Virus record (IMG/VR): IMGVR_UViG_3300033141_004852 | Coordinates: 28,604 to 92,603 of that record | DNA length: 64,000 bases | Reading direction: 5' to 3' (one strand) | DNA from: a virus | In this document: positions 60,953 through 64,000 of the stretch, piece after piece | Position numbering within the stretch: the first letter of the stretch is position 1 | Layout of the letters: each line of letters starts with the position of its first letter | The notes under the pieces: model-generated | What the model saw: the letters and a program-made list of their open reading frames with translations, nothing else | Told to the model about the DNA's origin: nothing | Database searches by the model: none | Made by a program: the position numbers and the translations under genes

Positions 60953-61851
60953 TTGACTCCTACGAGCCCCGTGTCGGAGCGCAGATACTCATCCATGCAC
61001 CGGAAGGCGATGTCGGTCGACTCACTACGCAGGCAGCCGCCGTCGCTGTGCGGAGCCTGTTCGAGAGTGACATCCCCTCAACCTTACTTCGCGTTGTCGT
61101 CGTTGACAACGGGAGCACACACCTCACATTCCACGAGTGGCTACAGGAGAAAGTGTATCCCAACCCGCAGGTGCGCGTCGTGCGTATTGAGTGCACATCC
61201 TTCAGCCGAGGACGAAATGTGGGGTATCGCCGATTGCTGGAATGGGACGAGTATCCTTGGGATATAGCGCTGGAGTTCGACGTGGACAACATCTTCCCCA
61301 AAGTCTGGTTTGAGCCCCTCCGGCGATACTTGGCAACCCACCCCCAAGTGGGACTTCTCTCCCCCGGCACGGTCATGTCCGATCACTGGGAACCCTGCGA
61401 AGTCCCCACGGCGGTAATCGACTACGAGACTATGCACTACGATGAAATGCGCCGCCGAGTCAATAAAGTATGCGCTATCTGCCGCGCCGCATTCGGTGGG
61501 AAGCGGGGGGTAGTCCGCCACCCCCCGGTATTGAAACGCCGCGTTTGTTTGGAGGACATCGGACTCTACGACGAAGGCTACGAGGGTGGAGGATGGGAAG
61601 ATTGGGACGAGGTAATGCGTGCTCACAAAGGCGGGTGGCTTACCCGTACTTGCCTTGATAGCTTCGTCTTCCACTGGACAGCGTGGTCGCATGTGCTCAA
61701 CAATGGCTGGGTGGGAGAAAATCCCGTGCGGCTGTACCAGCGCAACCAGCGGCGCTTCTTCTCCAAGTTCCCCGATAGTCACGACTTCTACCGCGAGTAC
61801 CTCCGAAACCGCGGACAACTCTATCATCCATCAGCGAGGTTGGAGATATGA
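60949..61851 (+). CDS. Glycosyltransferase family 2
   Basis: 'VVDNGST', 'GRNVG', 'DVD', 'IGLYDE.Y..GGWEDWD'. Confidence 0.85.
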   Translation: MIDSYEPRVGAQILIHAPEGDVGRLTTQAAAVAVRSLFESDIPSTLLRVVVVDNGSTHLTFHEWLQEKVYPNPQVRVVRIECTSFSRGRNVGYRRLLEWDEYPWDIALEFDVDNIFPKVWFEPLRRYLATHPQVGLLSPGTVMSDHWEPCEVPTAVIDYETMHYDEMRRRVNKVCAICRAAFGGKRGVVRHPPVLKRRVCLEDIGLYDEGYEGGGWEDWDEVMRAHKGGWLTRTCLDSFVFHWTAWSHVLNNGWVGENPVRLYQRNQRRFFSKFPDSHDFYREYLRNRGQLYHPSARLEI

Positions 61852-62471
61852 CCCAACCCACCTACCACCGACGAGAGGAACTCCCCCACTTACCCGCGGC
61901 GTTGCGGGTGTGCCTCGCGCGCTACTGGCTAGCCGCGGACCTCATCCACCTCTGCTTGGGCTCGGACATAGTGGTACTCGACGCCCCCTGCGGTATCGGG
62001 GAGGGGTCTGCTATCCTCGACCGCGCTTACCCCGAGCAGTGGCCACAGGTCTATGGTATAGATACAGAAGAGGATGTGATTATCACCGCCCAAGATACCT
62101 TCAGTCATGGAGAGATTCCTATTCACTTTCAGGTAGGGGACCTGCACGCGCTTCCCTACCCCTTCGCTTACTTCGACGCTGTGGTTTCCCTCGGGGGTTT
62201 AGACGGCTGCGACCCAGAATCTCTCGTCCAGGAGTTCAGTCGCGTCCTCAAACCCGAGGGGTTGTTGTTTGCGAGTATTTCCCGCACTCCTCCCCACTTC
62301 CCCACTCCTGAGTCCGTGCGGGAGCTGCTGAAACCGTGGTTCAGCGGGAGTATCACGCTGGGCACACAATGTCGTACCCCACGCGAGAGCCTATCCATGT
62401 CCCTGGAGCACGATTGCCTCGACGAAGCACACCTCTGCTCGGACTGGCTGGTCCTCGCACGAAAGGAGTGA
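61848..62471 (+). CDS. Class I SAM-dependent methyltransferase
   Basis: 'VLDAPCGIGEG', 'FDAVVS' and 'RVLKPEG'. Confidence 0.85.
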   Translation: MTQPTYHRREELPHLPAALRVCLARYWLAADLIHLCLGSDIVVLDAPCGIGEGSAILDRAYPEQWPQVYGIDTEEDVIITAQDTFSHGEIPIHFQVGDLHALPYPFAYFDAVVSLGGLDGCDPESLVQEFSRVLKPEGLLFASISRTPPHFPTPESVRELLKPWFSGSITLGTQCRTPRESLSMSLEHDCLDEAHLCSDWLVLARKE

Positions 62472-62476
62472 GGTTA

Positions 62477-63844
62477 GTGACATCCCAACCAGATCCCGTG
62501 CTCAACGAGATCATCCGGCGAGCACTGGAAAAAGGCGGCCCCGATGTCGCAGGCTGTACCATGAATGAATGGGCGCGGACCCACTGGCGAGTTCTCGGGT
62601 GCCAGTCCGCGAATGCTCTCCGCCTCCGTGCTACGAGACTACTTCGGGAAGGACTGGAGAAATCACAGAATCTCGTAGTAGCGGAGGACATCCCCACCGC
62701 CCCCGCGGAGGCGATTCGAGAATTGCGGGTGCAGCTCGAACGTGCCCACCAACGTAGCAAACGGACAGCCGCGTGGGAGGAAATCTTCCGCCGGACCGTG
62801 GAAGACTGTCTGACCAGCTTCCAGCCGGTGGAGATCCCCCAGGTACGCCCAACTCCGGCGTCGAAGGACCGCCTCCCGGAGTTGGCGGTCCCCATTGTCT
62901 CCGACATGCACACCGGAGCCTTCCACACCCCGGAGGAGACGGCGGGGCTAACGCAGTTCAATCAATCAATCCTCCTCGATGAGGTGCGGAGGTGGAAAAC
63001 GAACCTCAGCGACTGCCTCGCTGTAGTTCGCAGTGGAGTCCACGTCTCTCGTTGCCTTATGCTCTGGCTCGGAGATATGGTGACGGGGGAGGACATCTAC
63101 CCCAAACAACTCGCTGAAATCGATGCGAAGTTGATGGACCAGATTATCCTCACGGCGTACATCCTCGCGGACATGGTTCTCCACTGTGCCAAGACGTTCG
63201 AGAAAGTCGAGATCATCGCCGTCGAGGGCAACCACGGACGTACGCAGACGACGACGCTGAGTATCGACCGCTTGGTGTACATCATCGTGCAGCTGCTCCT
63301 CCGCGGGCAGAAGAATGTGACTCTGCATCTCAGCCAATCCCCGTTCGTAGCCTTCAGCGAGCCCTCCGTAGACCGCTCGGAGCCGTGGAACTACTTGGTT
63401 AGCCACGGTCAGGATGTCAAGGCATGGAACCGCATACCCTACTACGGTCTTGACCGTGCCCGGGCGGAGTGGATCGACCTCACGGGCCTCGTCTACGATT
63501 CCGTGATCGTGGGCCACCACCACCGCTATGCGGAGACAGCGGGGTGGATTATGAATGGAACCTGGGTGCCGGGGAGCAAGTACAGCGTCTCCAAGATGCG
63601 CGCTGCTTCACAAGCTACGCAGGGCCTCCTCTTCCACAACCCGAAGATCGGCTGGACTAGTCGTTGGCCTTTGTACTTGACTGAGCGTCCGCGTTACCCG
63701 CGTGTCGATGTCACGGATCTGACTATCCATACCCCCACAACCGACAGTTGGGCGAGTCTCCTCCGGCAGACACTCCCCCCAGACTTGCAGGAGGAGCCGC
63801 ATCTGGGGAAGCGTACCAAACGGGGGAGAAAGACCACGAAGTAG
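62477..63844 (+). CDS. Calcineurin-like metallophosphoesterase
   Basis: 'SDMH', 'LGDMV', 'GNHGR', 'HG' and 'GHHH'. Confidence 0.8.
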   Translation: MTSQPDPVLNEIIRRALEKGGPDVAGCTMNEWARTHWRVLGCQSANALRLRATRLLREGLEKSQNLVVAEDIPTAPAEAIRELRVQLERAHQRSKRTAAWEEIFRRTVEDCLTSFQPVEIPQVRPTPASKDRLPELAVPIVSDMHTGAFHTPEETAGLTQFNQSILLDEVRRWKTNLSDCLAVVRSGVHVSRCLMLWLGDMVTGEDIYPKQLAEIDAKLMDQIILTAYILADMVLHCAKTFEKVEIIAVEGNHGRTQTTTLSIDRLVYIIVQLLLRGQKNVTLHLSQSPFVAFSEPSVDRSEPWNYLVSHGQDVKAWNRIPYYGLDRARAEWIDLTGLVYDSVIVGHHHRYAETAGWIMNGTWVPGSKYSVSKMRAASQATQGLLFHNPKIGWTSRWPLYLTERPRYPRVDVTDLTIHTPTTDSWASLLRQTLPPDLQEEPHLGKRTKRGRKTTK

Positions 63845-63870
63845 TTCATCCATCGCAGCCTCCATACAGG

Positions 63871-63910
63871 GAAGAGAACCCCCTCCTATATCCAGGAGGG
63901 GGTTCTCATA
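63871..63910 (+). terminator. Intergenic hairpin (terminator or processing site)
   Basis: GAGAACCCCCTCCT-loop-AGGAGGGGGTTCTC, a 14-bp stem with no clear U-tract. Confidence 0.45.
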
Positions 63911-64000
63911 TCAGTGTCAGGAGGTATCGGTAGCGGGGGACTCAACGCCGTCGCGGGCGGAGATTCTCAATGTCAGGCAGACACGATTGGAAATCCTGCA

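Noticed and set aside
1-64000. tRNA/rRNA genes, reverse transcriptase/DGR or retron, inteins or introns, stop-codon recoding
   Set aside because: No T-arm/cloverleaf motif, RT motif or splicing motif was seen. Core genes are uninterrupted under the standard code and all three stop codons are used.

Overview
The window is a segment of a GC-rich, tailed dsDNA phage (or prophage/phage-plasmid) genome with two divergent arms. The left arm (1-22.1 kb, minus strand) holds the terminase large subunit (running off the left edge), a probable endolysin, a patatin phospholipase, nucleotide-metabolism genes (dCMP deaminase, MazG, DUF1599, DUF4406-like, HAD phosphatase), two sigma-factor-like genes, RuvC- and MmcB-like nucleases, a DNA methyltransferase, a Toprim protein and many small ORFs. 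A ~1 kb non-coding junction with repeats (22.1-23.05 kb) separates the arms. The right arm (plus strand) begins with an 'early/host-takeover'-like array of ~30 small genes with repeated TTGACA-N17 promoters, AGGAGGTAG ribosome-binding sites and GC-rich intergenic hairpins (23-36 kb). A replication/recombination module follows: beta-clamp, tyrosine recombinase, dTMP kinase, SF2 helicase, a degenerate DnaC-like gene with an embedded iteron origin, DnaB, a split primase, a second methyltransferase, a UDG-PolA fusion, a gp32-like SSB, RecA and a split SbcCD. It ends with an 8-gene glycosyltransferase/methyltransferase/sulfatase-like cluster and a metallophosphoesterase. The most unusual signals are a strongly polarised pentamer (GTAAC/GTTAC) that flips orientation twice and is highly enriched in the early region, the glycosylation cluster coupled to the replication operon, and structured RBS-sequestering leaders. 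All family calls come from motifs read by eye; no database searches were run and motif counts are manual.
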